DNA of 13,965 nt from Ruminiclostridium sp. (lineage in GTDB: Bacteria > Bacillota > Clostridia > Oscillospirales > Ethanoligenentaceae). The notes under the pieces were generated by a model that saw only the letters and a list, made by a program, of their open reading frames with translations, ran no database searches and was not told where the DNA came from. Numbering within the stretch: the stretch's first letter is position 1; each line of letters opens with the position of its first letter. Of this stretch, positions 1 through 8,024 are shown piece by piece. Location of the stretch: the NCBI GenBank assembly GCA_036261235.1, contig DATALE010000021.1:1-13965 (forward strand), read 5' to 3'. Position numbers and translations under genes: made by a program.

Positions 1-80
1 TCACAGTCATTATTAAAATGCCTTATCTCCTGTTTCTGCGAACATGAAAACAATGTTAACCCAAACGCAGCAATTAACAA
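1..80. repeat. Left arm of a perfect inverted repeat; exact reverse complement of 316-395. It may continue left of the window start.
   Basis: Base-by-base reverse complement of 1-80 equals 316-395 with 80/80 identity. On the minus strand it reads LLIAAFGLTLFSCSQKQEIRHFNNDCE in frame. The in-frame upstream codons have a stop (TGA at 92-90) and no ATG. Confidence 0.95.
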
Positions 81-315
81 AAAATTAATTCATATTAGTG
101 AATTATGTCTATTATTAACTAAAAGAGTAAATACGATATAAAATAAATAGGTAAAAATATTAAATCAAAATTTAGTAATATATCTTGTAAACTTAATAAT
201 TAGTGATATAATTCGTTTATAAATCATATAGCATTATTATACAAAAAATAATAAAATATTAGGCAATCTTAAGGAGACGCGGAAGTTTATGTCGACAAGA
301 GCCGGCACGGCTTTA
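81..315. other. Putative invertible segment between the two repeat arms. It carries a promoter, RBS, start codon and the first 9 codons (MSTRAGTAL) of the downstream lipoprotein gene.
   Basis: AT-rich 235-bp segment exactly bracketed by the 80-bp inverted repeats. It contains TTGTAA-N16-TGaTATAAT and the ATG at 289. The junction at 315/316 falls on a codon boundary, so inversion would fuse the same start to the left copy in frame. Confidence 0.4.
185..212 (+). promoter_or_regulatory. Sigma-A-type promoter with extended -10. The -35 is TTGTAA at 185-190, a 16-nt spacer, then TGaTATAAT at 204-212.
   Basis: Near-consensus hexamers and spacing read directly. The predicted transcription start near 219 leaves a ~70-nt leader to the ATG at 289. 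Confidence 0.5.
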
Positions 316-1314
316 TTGTTAATTGCTGCGTTTGGGTTAACATTGTTTTCATGTTCGCAGAAACAGGAGATAAGGCATTTTAATAATGACTGTGAAAAAG
401 GAACCTCATATTGCAAGTATGCTGAGGAACCGATCAATTTGAAAACATATGACGGCAGCAATCAGGCAAACCATCCTAAAGTACTATATATCAAAAATGG
501 CTGGAAAGGGTATAAATATTGGATGTCGTTTACCCCATATCCTTTCATGAACGCGGCTTTCGAAAACCCTTCAGTGGCTGTTTCCAACGACGGAGTCAAC
601 TGGAGATCACCGGATGGGATGAAACAGCCGGTCGAAGGCCCTCCTCGTGACGCGGACAGAGGTGGCCATTATTCCGATCCCGAGCTGGTTTTTTGCGGTG
701 ACCGGATGGAAATGTGGTATAGATACAATCCGTCAAGAAAAGACAAACCGTGTACTGATAATAACGAAAACAGTATTCTTATGACAGAAACAAAGGACGG
801 TCGTGTCTGGTCGAAACCTTATCCTGAATTCAGGGGGAAAACACAGTACTACAGCCCGGCTGTGCTTTACGAAAACGGCGAGCACCGTGTGTGGTATTCA
901 AGCAAAGGAGGAAAACTTTTTTACCGTGAATGTAAAAATCTAAAACAATGGACAAAGCCTAAAAATGTTAAACTGTTTTTGCCTGGATTCAGTATCTGGC
1001 ATCAGGATGTAATAAAAAGCGACGGTGAGTATGAAATCCTGTTTACCGCATATAAAAACGGATGCTTCAACAGTAATAACCAGTGCCTTTATTTCGCAGT
1101 ATCTCACGACGGCATAAATTTCAGCAAGCCGGTTATGATTCTTTCGCCCTCGACTAATCCCGAAAGTCTCGATAATAAGATGATATACCGCAGCACCGCA
1201 GTTAAAATCGACGATTGCTGCGAACTTTATTATTCCGCGCTTAGCAGAAGCGGCGAGTGGCATATCTTCAAAACCGATTTTAGCGAGGAAACTGCGAGAA
1301 GGGCAGTTCTATAG
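289..1314 (+). CDS. Secreted/lipoprotein BNR (Asp-box) repeat beta-propeller protein, sialidase/glycoside-hydrolase-like.
   Basis: N-terminal signal peptide with a lipobox-like LFSC. Three Asp-box-like motifs S/T-x-D-G-x-x-W/F: SNDGVNW, TKDGRVW and SHDGINF. AAGGAG lies upstream. The 341-aa ORF is uninterrupted. Confidence 0.6.
   Translation: MSTRAGTALLLIAAFGLTLFSCSQKQEIRHFNNDCEKGTSYCKYAEEPINLKTYDGSNQANHPKVLYIKNGWKGYKYWMSFTPYPFMNAAFENPSVAVSNDGVNWRSPDGMKQPVEGPPRDADRGGHYSDPELVFCGDRMEMWYRYNPSRKDKPCTDNNENSILMTETKDGRVWSKPYPEFRGKTQYYSPAVLYENGEHRVWYSSKGGKLFYRECKNLKQWTKPKNVKLFLPGFSIWHQDVIKSDGEYEILFTAYKNGCFNSNNQCLYFAVSHDGINFSKPVMILSPSTNPESLDNKMIYRSTAVKIDDCCELYYSALSRSGEWHIFKTDFSEETARRAVL
316..395. repeat. 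Right arm of the inverted repeat, inside the 5' coding region of the lipoprotein gene (codons 10-36).
   Basis: Exact reverse complement of 1-80. Confidence 0.95.
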
Positions 1315-1361
1315 AAGCTTTTAACAATTAATCATTCAATAATATATAAAGGAGAGTTTTT

Positions 1362-3365
1362 ATGCAGTATTTGATTTTCGGGGCAGCTGTAATAGCTGCG
1401 ATTTTTGTTATCTGGCTTTTGATTTTTAAAATTTTAGGTCTGCGTGTTATCAAATCAAACGAGGTTGCGGTTGTTGAAAAGTGGTGGAGCTTTAAAGGCT
1501 CTCTTAAAAATTCAATTATAGCGATAAACGGTGAAGCCGGTTATCTGCCCGACCTGCTCCGCGGCGGTATCCATTTTCGCTCGGCGCTTATGTATAAAAT
1601 ACATAAATATCCTCTTATAACGGTATCACAGGGTGAAATGGCTTATGTATTCGCACGCGACGGTATTCCGCTTAGCCCTGAACAAACGCTGGGCCGGATT
1701 GTACCGGAAGCAAATAATTTTCAGGATGTTGCGGGATTTTTAAAAAACGGCGGACAGCGCGGCCCACAGAGAGGTATATTGCGTGAAGGAACTTATGCTA
1801 TCAACCTTTCGCAGTTCATCGTTGTGACGTCTTCCGGAATAAAATCTATCGCGACAAGCGCGCGTGAACTCAATGAAATGCAAAGTCTTGAAAACATACT
1901 AAAAGCAAGAAATGCTTTCAGCCCGGTAGTTATTATGAGTACCGGATTTCAAAAGAATTCGGCAAATCAGGTGCAGGAAAGCACTGATGTTATCGGTATT
2001 GCAACAGTCCACGACGGCCCGTCGATACCGAAAGGTGAAATCATTGCTTCCGACATCGGGAATGACCATCAAAGCTTTCAGGACCCGGAAAAATTTCTTG
2101 CAAGCGGTGGCTGTCGCGGTAAGCAGCTTCAGGTTCTGACAGACGGTACATACTATATAAACAGGCTATTTGCTACCGTTGAATTAAGGCCAAAAACAAT
2201 CGTTCCGATCGGATATGTCGGTGTTGTTACTTCATTCTACGGAAAACAGGGACGCGATACGACAGGTGTCGAATACGGCCACGGACAGCTCGTGAACCAG
2301 GGCTGCAAGGGTGTACTTTCGGAGCCGCTCATGCCCGGCAAATATGCGTTTAACACTGACGCGGGCGCAATTTCACTTGTTCCGACGACTAATATTATTT
2401 TAAAATGGAAAAAAGACGACAGCAGCGGCCAAAAGTATGATGCTGATTTAGCAGAGGTTGACATAATCACGAAGGACGCATTTGAACCGGCTCTTCCTTT
2501 GTCGGTTGTCATGCACATTGATTATAAAGAAGCGCCGTGGGTAATCCAGAGGTTCGGTGATCTGACAAAGCTTGTCAACCAATCTCTTGACCCGCTTGTC
2601 AGCGCATATTTTAAAGATATCGCGCAGACAAAGACACTTATCGAACTAATTCAGGAGCGCAGTACAATCCGTGAAAAAGCGGTTGTCGAAATGAAAGAAA
2701 AATTTGCGGCATATAACCTCAACCTTGAAGAAGTGCTTATCGGAACCCCTGTAGCGCCCTCGGGTGACTCCAGAATCGAGAATATCCTGACTCAGCTGCG
2801 TGAACGCCAGATTGCGGAAGAACAAAAGGTAACTTATAATAAGCAGAAGGAAGCCGCCGAGACGGAAAGAGCGCTTAAAGAAGCGCAGGCTGTGGCACAG
2901 AACCAGACGTCGCTTACCCAGTCAAAGATTTCGATTGAAGTCGCCGCCAATGAAGGTGAAGCAATCGCCAAAAAAGCGGAGCAGGAAGCGAATAAGATTG
3001 TTTCCATTGCAAAGGCGGACGCCGAAAGGGTAAAACTTGAAGGTAACGCGGAAGCTGAAAAGGAAGCGGCGGTCGGAACAGCAAAAGCTACCGCAATTCA
3101 AAAGCAGGTTGAAGCCTATGGCGGATCGAGCTATCGACTGACACAGGAGATTGCCGATAAACTTTCCGAAGCCATAAAAGAGGCTAAGACGCCGGTCGTT
3201 CCGGGAACTGTAGTTAATTTCGGTGGAGGGCAGAGCGGGAGCAGCGATACAATAGTTGAAACACTTCTTAAGCTGATTACACTCTCAAAAGTCGGTGTTG
3301 ATATAGACACGGATACACAGCGCATGGCGGCTGCGGACAGCGTTTCACCGGAAAATAAGAAGTAA
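1362..3365 (+). CDS. floT: Flotillin-like SPFH/band-7 family membrane protein (FloT/YqiK-like), 667 aa.
   Basis: N-terminal transmembrane helix. The C-terminal Ala/Glu/Lys-rich coiled coil (AKADAERVKLEGNAEAEKEAAVGTAKATAIQKQVEAYGG...TPVVPGTVVNFGGG) closely parallels the flotillin C-terminus. RBS GGAGAG sits 5 nt before the ATG. It lies only 47 bp after the upstream gene. Confidence 0.7.
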   Translation: MQYLIFGAAVIAAIFVIWLLIFKILGLRVIKSNEVAVVEKWWSFKGSLKNSIIAINGEAGYLPDLLRGGIHFRSALMYKIHKYPLITVSQGEMAYVFARDGIPLSPEQTLGRIVPEANNFQDVAGFLKNGGQRGPQRGILREGTYAINLSQFIVVTSSGIKSIATSARELNEMQSLENILKARNAFSPVVIMSTGFQKNSANQVQESTDVIGIATVHDGPSIPKGEIIASDIGNDHQSFQDPEKFLASGGCRGKQLQVLTDGTYYINRLFATVELRPKTIVPIGYVGVVTSFYGKQGRDTTGVEYGHGQLVNQGCKGVLSEPLMPGKYAFNTDAGAISLVPTTNIILKWKKDDSSGQKYDADLAEVDIITKDAFEPALPLSVVMHIDYKEAPWVIQRFGDLTKLVNQSLDPLVSAYFKDIAQTKTLIELIQERSTIREKAVVEMKEKFAAYNLNLEEVLIGTPVAPSGDSRIENILTQLRERQIAEEQKVTYNKQKEAAETERALKEAQAVAQNQTSLTQSKISIEVAANEGEAIAKKAEQEANKIVSIAKADAERVKLEGNAEAEKEAAVGTAKATAIQKQVEAYGGSSYRLTQEIADKLSEAIKEAKTPVVPGTVVNFGGGQSGSSDTIVETLLKLITLSKVGVDIDTDTQRMAAADSVSPENKK

Positions 3366-3373
3366 TAAATATA

Positions 3374-3419
3374 GAAAAGGGCTTTTCAAAGCGGTCAAAC
3401 CACTTGAAAAGCCCTTTTC
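3374..3419. terminator. Bidirectional intrinsic terminator hairpin between the convergent flotillin and nadC genes.
   Basis: Perfect 16-bp inverted repeat GAAAAGGGCTTTTCAA...TTGAAAAGCCCTTTTC with a 14-nt loop. It is flanked by A/T-rich sequence on both sides. Confidence 0.6.
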
Positions 3420-3437
3420 TATATAGATAAAAGAAAA

Positions 3438-4274
3438 TCAGATAATCTTCATTGAAATGTCAAATGCCTTGACGGAATGAGTCAGCGCTCCGATGGAAAT
3501 AATATCGACACCTGTTTCGGCAACCTTTTTTAACATTCCGGACGTGATTCCGCCGGAAGCTTCCACAAGGGCTTTGCCCCCGATTATTTCAACAGCCTGT
3601 TTCATTGTTTCGGCGTCCATATTATCAAGCATGATTATGTCCGCAGTAGTTGAGGCGGCTTCTCTCACTTCATTAAGCGTCCTTGTTTCAACTTCTATTT
3701 TTATAGTATGCCCTACTTTTGAGCGCAGGGTTTCAACTGCCTTTGTGATTGACCCGGTAGCGTCAATATGGTTGTCCTTTATCATTGCGGCGTCGGACAG
3801 ATTGAAACGGTGATTGTGACCGCCGCCTACCGTGACGGCATACTTTTCGAGTGCGCGGAGACCGGGAAGGGTCTTGCGGGTGTCAGTTATAGCAGCCTTT
3901 GTTCCGGCAACCTCATCAACCGCGTTTTTAGTTGCGGTGGCAATTCCCGACATATGCTGCAGAATATTAAGGGCGGTGCGTTCACCTTTTAACAACGCGC
4001 GTGTTTTGGCCTGAACCCGGGCTATTATATCGGATTTTTCAAGTAGATCGCCGTCTTTTTTAAGTATTTCAAAACAAGCATCGGCATCAAGAATTTTAAT
4101 TGTTTTGAGCGCTGCGTCAATACCGCAGAGAACACCATCCGCTTTTGACATAAACACAGCGTTGGAAACCTGCTTTTCGGGTATCAGGTAATCGGTTGTC
4201 ACATCAAGGTAGGTAATGTCTTCCTTGAGTGCTCTGCTGATTACATCGTCAAGAATAAAATCGGAAACATTCAT
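3438..4274 (-). CDS. nadC: Nicotinate-nucleotide pyrophosphorylase [carboxylating] (quinolinate phosphoribosyltransferase).
   Basis: 278 aa, the typical length. Shows the conserved QPRTase layout (..LKGERTALNILQHMSGIAT..KAAITDTRKTLPGLRALEKYAV..GGGHNHRFNLSDAAMIKDNHI..). Its start overlaps the nadB stop in ATGA. Confidence 0.85.
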   Translation of the reverse strand: MNVSDFILDDVISRALKEDITYLDVTTDYLIPEKQVSNAVFMSKADGVLCGIDAALKTIKILDADACFEILKKDGDLLEKSDIIARVQAKTRALLKGERTALNILQHMSGIATATKNAVDEVAGTKAAITDTRKTLPGLRALEKYAVTVGGGHNHRFNLSDAAMIKDNHIDATGSITKAVETLRSKVGHTIKIEVETRTLNEVREAASTTADIIMLDNMDAETMKQAVEIIGGKALVEASGGITSGMLKKVAETGVDIISIGALTHSVKAFDISMKII

Positions 4275-5743
4275 CCTATTACCTCCGTCAATATCAATTT
4301 TGCAATTTTCACAAGACTTTTTGCTTCCAGCAAATCAAGACTGTAGGTGAAGTCGGTGGTGTCCAGCATTTCTTCGATTTCACAAATTCTCGGGAGCCCA
4401 CGTTTTGCCGCGATAATGTCAGGATTAATAAAAAAGCTGTTCTGAACAATTGAACGGACTTCCCGGCGTATACCGATCGGGAGCGGCTGCCCGTTCTTCA
4501 TCTCAAATAATGCGCGTGGTGTAAAGCTGTTTTCTTCGCCGAGACATTTCTGCGAGATATCATGTGCCGCTCTGCGTGAAAATACAAGCGCCTCAAGCAG
4601 CGAGTTGCTGGCAAGACGGTTGTTGCCGTGAACCCCGGTATGGGAGCATTCCCCAACAGCGTAAAGCCTGTCCACAGTTGTCCGTGAAAAAGTGTCTACG
4701 TCTATGCCGCCCATTAGATAGTGCTGACAGGGGAAAACCGGAATTCTTTCTTTTGTGATATCAATCCCCTCGTCAAGGCATTTTGAATAGATGCCGGGAA
4801 AACGTTCTTTGACAAACAGAGGATCCTGAGCTGTAATATCAAGGTAAAAATTCTCGCTGTTAGTTTTTATTGATTCTTCCATAACGAAGTGTGAAACAAC
4901 GTCACGTGGGGCGAGTTCACCCCGGCTGTCATAAGAGGGCATGAAGCGTTCACCGCGGCAGTTAAGCAGGATAGCCCCCTCGCCGCGTACCGACTCTGAA
5001 ATAAGGAAGCGTTCGCGCTCTTCACGCGCCGCAAAAGCCGTCGGATGGAACTGGATAAGGCTTATTCCGCTGACTTTTGCCCCGAGACCGTTCGCCATTA
5101 CTATTCCGTCACCGGTCGCTATTTTTGAGTTCGTAGTATATTTATAAACACGCCCGATACCACCAGTGGCAAGTATTGCGTAACGCGAGCATACATTAAA
5201 AAATTTATCGCCCTGAAGGATACCAAAACAAAAACCGCGTTCAATCCTATCCATTTTAAGGACAGCAGCGTTTTCAAGAACGGTGATGTTTTTTCTCCGC
5301 TTTACATGAGCGCTCAGCTTTTGTACTACTTCAAGTCCTGTAGTATCCTTGTGGTGGACGATGCGGTTGATTGAATGTCCGCCTTCAAGGGTCATATGCA
5401 GATGACCAAGCGTATCACGGTCAAAATCAACGCCGAATTCTATCAGTTTTCGCACATCTTTTGGTCCTTCATCGACCAGAACTTTTACTGCGTTAATGTC
5501 ATTTTTGTTTCCGCCTGCCACAAGCGTGTCATGAATATGCTGTTCCCGGCTGTCTTTGTCGTGGTTGAGGACAGCGGCAATACCCCCCTGAGCCAAGGCA
5601 CTGTTGCTAAGTTCAAGTTCGCGCTTTGTTATTATAAGAACGGACAGTGACGGGTCGGCGTTAAGAGCTGCGTAAAGGCCCGACACTCCGGTACCTGCTA
5701 TAACAATATCATACGCAGGTATTGTTGAGTTGTTTTTAAGCAT
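4271..5743 (-). CDS. nadB: L-aspartate oxidase.
   Basis: N-terminal FAD-binding fold DIVIAGTGVSGLYAAL. Carries the succinate dehydrogenase/fumarate reductase flavoprotein family motifs AQGGIAA and EGGHSxxRIVH. Translationally coupled to nadC. Confidence 0.8.
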   Translation of the reverse strand: MLKNNSTIPAYDIVIAGTGVSGLYAALNADPSLSVLIITKRELELSNSALAQGGIAAVLNHDKDSREQHIHDTLVAGGNKNDINAVKVLVDEGPKDVRKLIEFGVDFDRDTLGHLHMTLEGGHSINRIVHHKDTTGLEVVQKLSAHVKRRKNITVLENAAVLKMDRIERGFCFGILQGDKFFNVCSRYAILATGGIGRVYKYTTNSKIATGDGIVMANGLGAKVSGISLIQFHPTAFAAREERERFLISESVRGEGAILLNCRGERFMPSYDSRGELAPRDVVSHFVMEESIKTNSENFYLDITAQDPLFVKERFPGIYSKCLDEGIDITKERIPVFPCQHYLMGGIDVDTFSRTTVDRLYAVGECSHTGVHGNNRLASNSLLEALVFSRRAAHDISQKCLGEENSFTPRALFEMKNGQPLPIGIRREVRSIVQNSFFINPDIIAAKRGLPRICEIEEMLDTTDFTYSLDLLEAKSLVKIAKLILTEVIG

Positions 5744-5841
5744 TTATTATCTGCACCTTCAAATCAGTATGCACAGCGCGCATAAATTTACATTTATTTT
5801 ACCACAAAAACATGCCGACTAAAATTATAAAAGAAAAGATA

Positions 5842-5870
5842 TTGTCATTTTTTTAAATAAAGGTTAAAAT
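5842..5870 (+). promoter_or_regulatory. Sigma-A-type promoter TTGTCA-N17-TAAAAT for the aldo/keto reductase gene.
   Basis: Hexamers and spacing read directly. It lies in the divergent intergenic region shared with nadB. Confidence 0.45.
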
Positions 5871-5929
5871 GTATATCATATTATTTGAGCGAGTACAACT
5901 TTTTGAGCATTTTTACTATGGAGGAAAAT

Positions 5930-7054
5930 ATGCAGAAACGGATTGTCGAGAAGACCGGGGAATGGGTGTCGCTGCTTGGTTTTGGCTGCATGCGCTTTCC
6001 CAAAAAAGACGGCGTTAATGATATGGAACAGGTGCAGAAGATGGTTGATTACGCCAAAGTAAGCGGCGTAAACTATTTTGACACGGCCTATGTTTATGAT
6101 AATGGGGATTCAGAACGCTGTATCGGCAAAGCGCTGAGCAAATATCCTCGTGACAGCTACTTTTTGGCGACAAAGCTTCCGATATGGGCTGTCAAAGAAG
6201 AATCGGATATTGAAAGGATTCTTAATACATCGCTTGAAAGACTTCGAACCGGATACATTGATTTTTATTTGCTGCACTCAATGGATAAGGATCATTGGAA
6301 CGACGCAAAAAAATTCAATGCCATAGAAATATTGAAGAAATATCGCGAAGAAGGAAAAATTAAATATATCGGTTTCTCTTTTCATGACAGTCCGGAAATG
6401 TTCCGTGAAATCGTCGGTGCATTTGATTGGGATTTTGTCCAGATTCAGCTCAATTATCTTGACTGGAATTTGCAGAGGGCGGGCGAGATGTACCAGATAA
6501 TTGAGGAAAAGAACTTGTCCTGCATAGTGATGGAGCCGATCCGCGGCGGGGCACTCGCAAATCCGCCAAAAGAAGTCTCCGATATTATCAATAAAGCAGC
6601 CGTGGGTGTTTCACCGTCATCAATGGCGTTAAGATTTTGCGCTTCTCATCCGCGTGTCAAGGTGATTTTAAGCGGTATGTCCAGTTTTGAAAATGTAAAG
6701 GAAAACGTTGAAACGCTTGCAAATTTCACACCGCTCACAGAGGAAGAAAACAAGGCTCTTGATGAGGCCGCAATGTTTTTAATGTCACAGCCAAATATCA
6801 AATGCACAGACTGCCATTACTGCATGCCTTGCCCAAAGGGCGTAAATATTCCGTCATCGTTTACAGCTTATAACGACTACATGAAATTCCACAATGATGA
6901 GATGCTAAAAGGCCGCTATAATTTTGAACTTAAAGATGCAAGTCCGTATCAGTGTGTAAAATGCGGTATTTGCGTCAAAAAGTGCCCGCAGCACATAGAC
7001 ATTCCGAACAACCTTGACAAGGTCAGGGAAGTATTGTCACACGCGGGCATATGA
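5930..7054 (+). CDS. Aldo/keto reductase fused to a C-terminal 2x[4Fe-4S] ferredoxin domain (COG1453-type oxidoreductase).
   Basis: N-terminal AKR TIM-barrel motifs (GFGCMRFP, DTAYVYDNGDSE, hydrophobic-x-LHS). C-terminal CTDCHYCMPCP and CVKCGICVKKCP motifs. GGAGG at 5920-5924 sits 5 nt before the ATG at 5930, so the TTG-started extension in the ORF track (5885) is rejected. Confidence 0.8.
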   Translation: MQKRIVEKTGEWVSLLGFGCMRFPKKDGVNDMEQVQKMVDYAKVSGVNYFDTAYVYDNGDSERCIGKALSKYPRDSYFLATKLPIWAVKEESDIERILNTSLERLRTGYIDFYLLHSMDKDHWNDAKKFNAIEILKKYREEGKIKYIGFSFHDSPEMFREIVGAFDWDFVQIQLNYLDWNLQRAGEMYQIIEEKNLSCIVMEPIRGGALANPPKEVSDIINKAAVGVSPSSMALRFCASHPRVKVILSGMSSFENVKENVETLANFTPLTEEENKALDEAAMFLMSQPNIKCTDCHYCMPCPKGVNIPSSFTAYNDYMKFHNDEMLKGRYNFELKDASPYQCVKCGICVKKCPQHIDIPNNLDKVREVLSHAGI

Positions 7055-7065
7055 CTTAAATAAGG

Positions 7066-7117
7066 AGGAGCTGCCCTGCAAAGGCTTTTTCGGCTGCGGG
7101 GCAGCTCCTGTCTATTT
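7066..7117 (+). terminator. Intrinsic terminator after the AKR gene.
   Basis: 14-bp GC-rich stem AGGAGCTGCCCTGC / GCGGGGCAGCTCCT with one G-U wobble and a 16-nt loop, followed by the U-rich tract GUCUAUUU. Confidence 0.55.
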
Positions 7118-7246
7118 AAAGCGGGCGGGCTTCCACGGCGAGAAATGCGCCGGTAATTCTCGGGCAAGGTGCTTACCTGCCGCCGACGCGCCGCACCTGC
7201 GGATTTTTCCACCCTGATATAGTTTATGCCGGCGCGGCCAGACTGG

Positions 7247-7285
7247 CACATAAAATAAAACACAAATAAAAACACAAAATAAATT
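7247..7285 (+). repeat. Three tandem imperfect ~13-bp direct repeats (CACAtAAAATAAAA / CACAAATAAAAA / CACAAAATAAAtt) abutting the rpe -35.
   Basis: Read directly. The A-tract-rich repeats end 1 bp before the TTGACC -35. They could be an UP element or a regulator site. Confidence 0.5.
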
Positions 7286-7286
7286 A

Positions 7287-7315
7287 TTGACCTTTTTTTC
7301 CTCATGGTTTAAAAT
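7287..7315 (+). promoter_or_regulatory. Sigma-A-type promoter TTGACC-N17-TAAAAT for rpe.
   Basis: Near-consensus -35 and -10 with a 17-nt spacer, 37 bp upstream of the rpe ATG. Confidence 0.55.
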
Positions 7316-7351
7316 TGTAAGGTAAGAATTAATTAAAAAAGCAGGATTTTT

Positions 7352-8017
7352 ATGAATATAAAAATTTCACCGTCGATTTTATCGGCTGATTTTGCATGTC
7401 TCGGAAGTGAGTGCAGGCGGGTTTGTGAAAGTGGTTCCGATTTAATACACATTGATGTTATGGACGGTAACTTTGTTCCGAACATAACGATCGGCGCACC
7501 GGTCGTCCGAAGCATTAAACCGTATTCGGAGATTCCGCTGGACGTGCACCTGATGATTGACAGGCCTGAGCGCTATATTGACGATTTCATTGCCGGGGGC
7601 GCCGGAATCGTTACGGTTCATGCCGAGGCAACAGACAAACTCGATTTCATCATCGGCAGGCTGCATGAAAAGGGAGTCAGGGCTTCTGTTTCAGTAAAGC
7701 CGGGAACAAGTGTCGAAACGGTTTATCCATATCTGAAAAATCTTGATATGGTGCTTATTATGACGGTTGAACCGGGTTTCGGCGGACAGAAACTGATTGA
7801 AAGCACTTTGCCGAAGATTTCTGCATTAAGGCAGAAATGCGCGGACGAGGGAGTCAATTTGGATATTGAGGTTGACGGAGGCATTACTCCTGAAAATATT
7901 GAGCATGTTTCAAAGGCGGGGGCAAATGTTTTTGTTGCGGGCAGCGCTGTTTTTAAGGCGCAGGACATGAGAAGCGCTGTTTCGGCGCTCAGGGACGGGG
8001 CAATTCGAGGTTTGTGA
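7352..8017 (+). CDS. rpe: Ribulose-phosphate 3-epimerase.
   Basis: 221 aa. Conserved Rpe motifs: SILSADF near the N-terminus, HIDVMDG, DVHLM, MTVEPGFGGQ and VDGGI. Confidence 0.9.
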   Translation: MNIKISPSILSADFACLGSECRRVCESGSDLIHIDVMDGNFVPNITIGAPVVRSIKPYSEIPLDVHLMIDRPERYIDDFIAGGAGIVTVHAEATDKLDFIIGRLHEKGVRASVSVKPGTSVETVYPYLKNLDMVLIMTVEPGFGGQKLIESTLPKISALRQKCADEGVNLDIEVDGGITPENIEHVSKAGANVFVAGSAVFKAQDMRSAVSALRDGAIRGL

Positions 8018-8024
8018 TAAAAAA

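Noticed and set aside
237-461. 74-aa minus-strand ORF overlapping the 5' end of the lipoprotein gene
   Set aside because: It is a mirror artefact of the inverted repeat: it just re-reads the repeat arm. It has no RBS and lies antisense to a well-supported gene.
940-1263. 107-aa antisense ORF inside the lipoprotein gene
   Set aside because: Embedded antisense in a well-supported CDS. No RBS and no recognisable motifs.
2237-3325. Antisense ORFs 2237-2518 and 3131-3325 inside the flotillin gene
   Set aside because: Antisense reading of a GC-skewed coding region. Ser/Thr/Pro-rich junk translation.
3493-4014. Three plus-strand ORFs (3493-3813, 3768-3992, 3832-4014) antisense to nadC
   Set aside because: All lie within the confidently identified nadC on the opposite strand. 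No RBS.
4564-5650. Plus-strand ORFs 4564-4758, 4941-5147 and 5375-5650 antisense to nadB
   Set aside because: Within nadB. Low-complexity Arg/Pro translations typical of antisense frames.
5885-5929. TTG-initiated 15-codon N-terminal extension of the AKR gene given by the ORF track
   Set aside because: GGAGG at 5920-5924 is optimally spaced for the ATG at 5930. The canonical AKR N-terminus begins there, and the promoter -10 at 5865-5870 would place the transcription start inside the extension.
6949-7305. 118-aa minus ORF and 67-aa plus ORF (7014-7217) across the AKR terminator / GC-rich island
   Set aside because: They span a terminator hairpin and have no RBS. The Arg-rich translations come from GC-rich non-coding DNA. 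The region is flagged instead as possible structured RNA.
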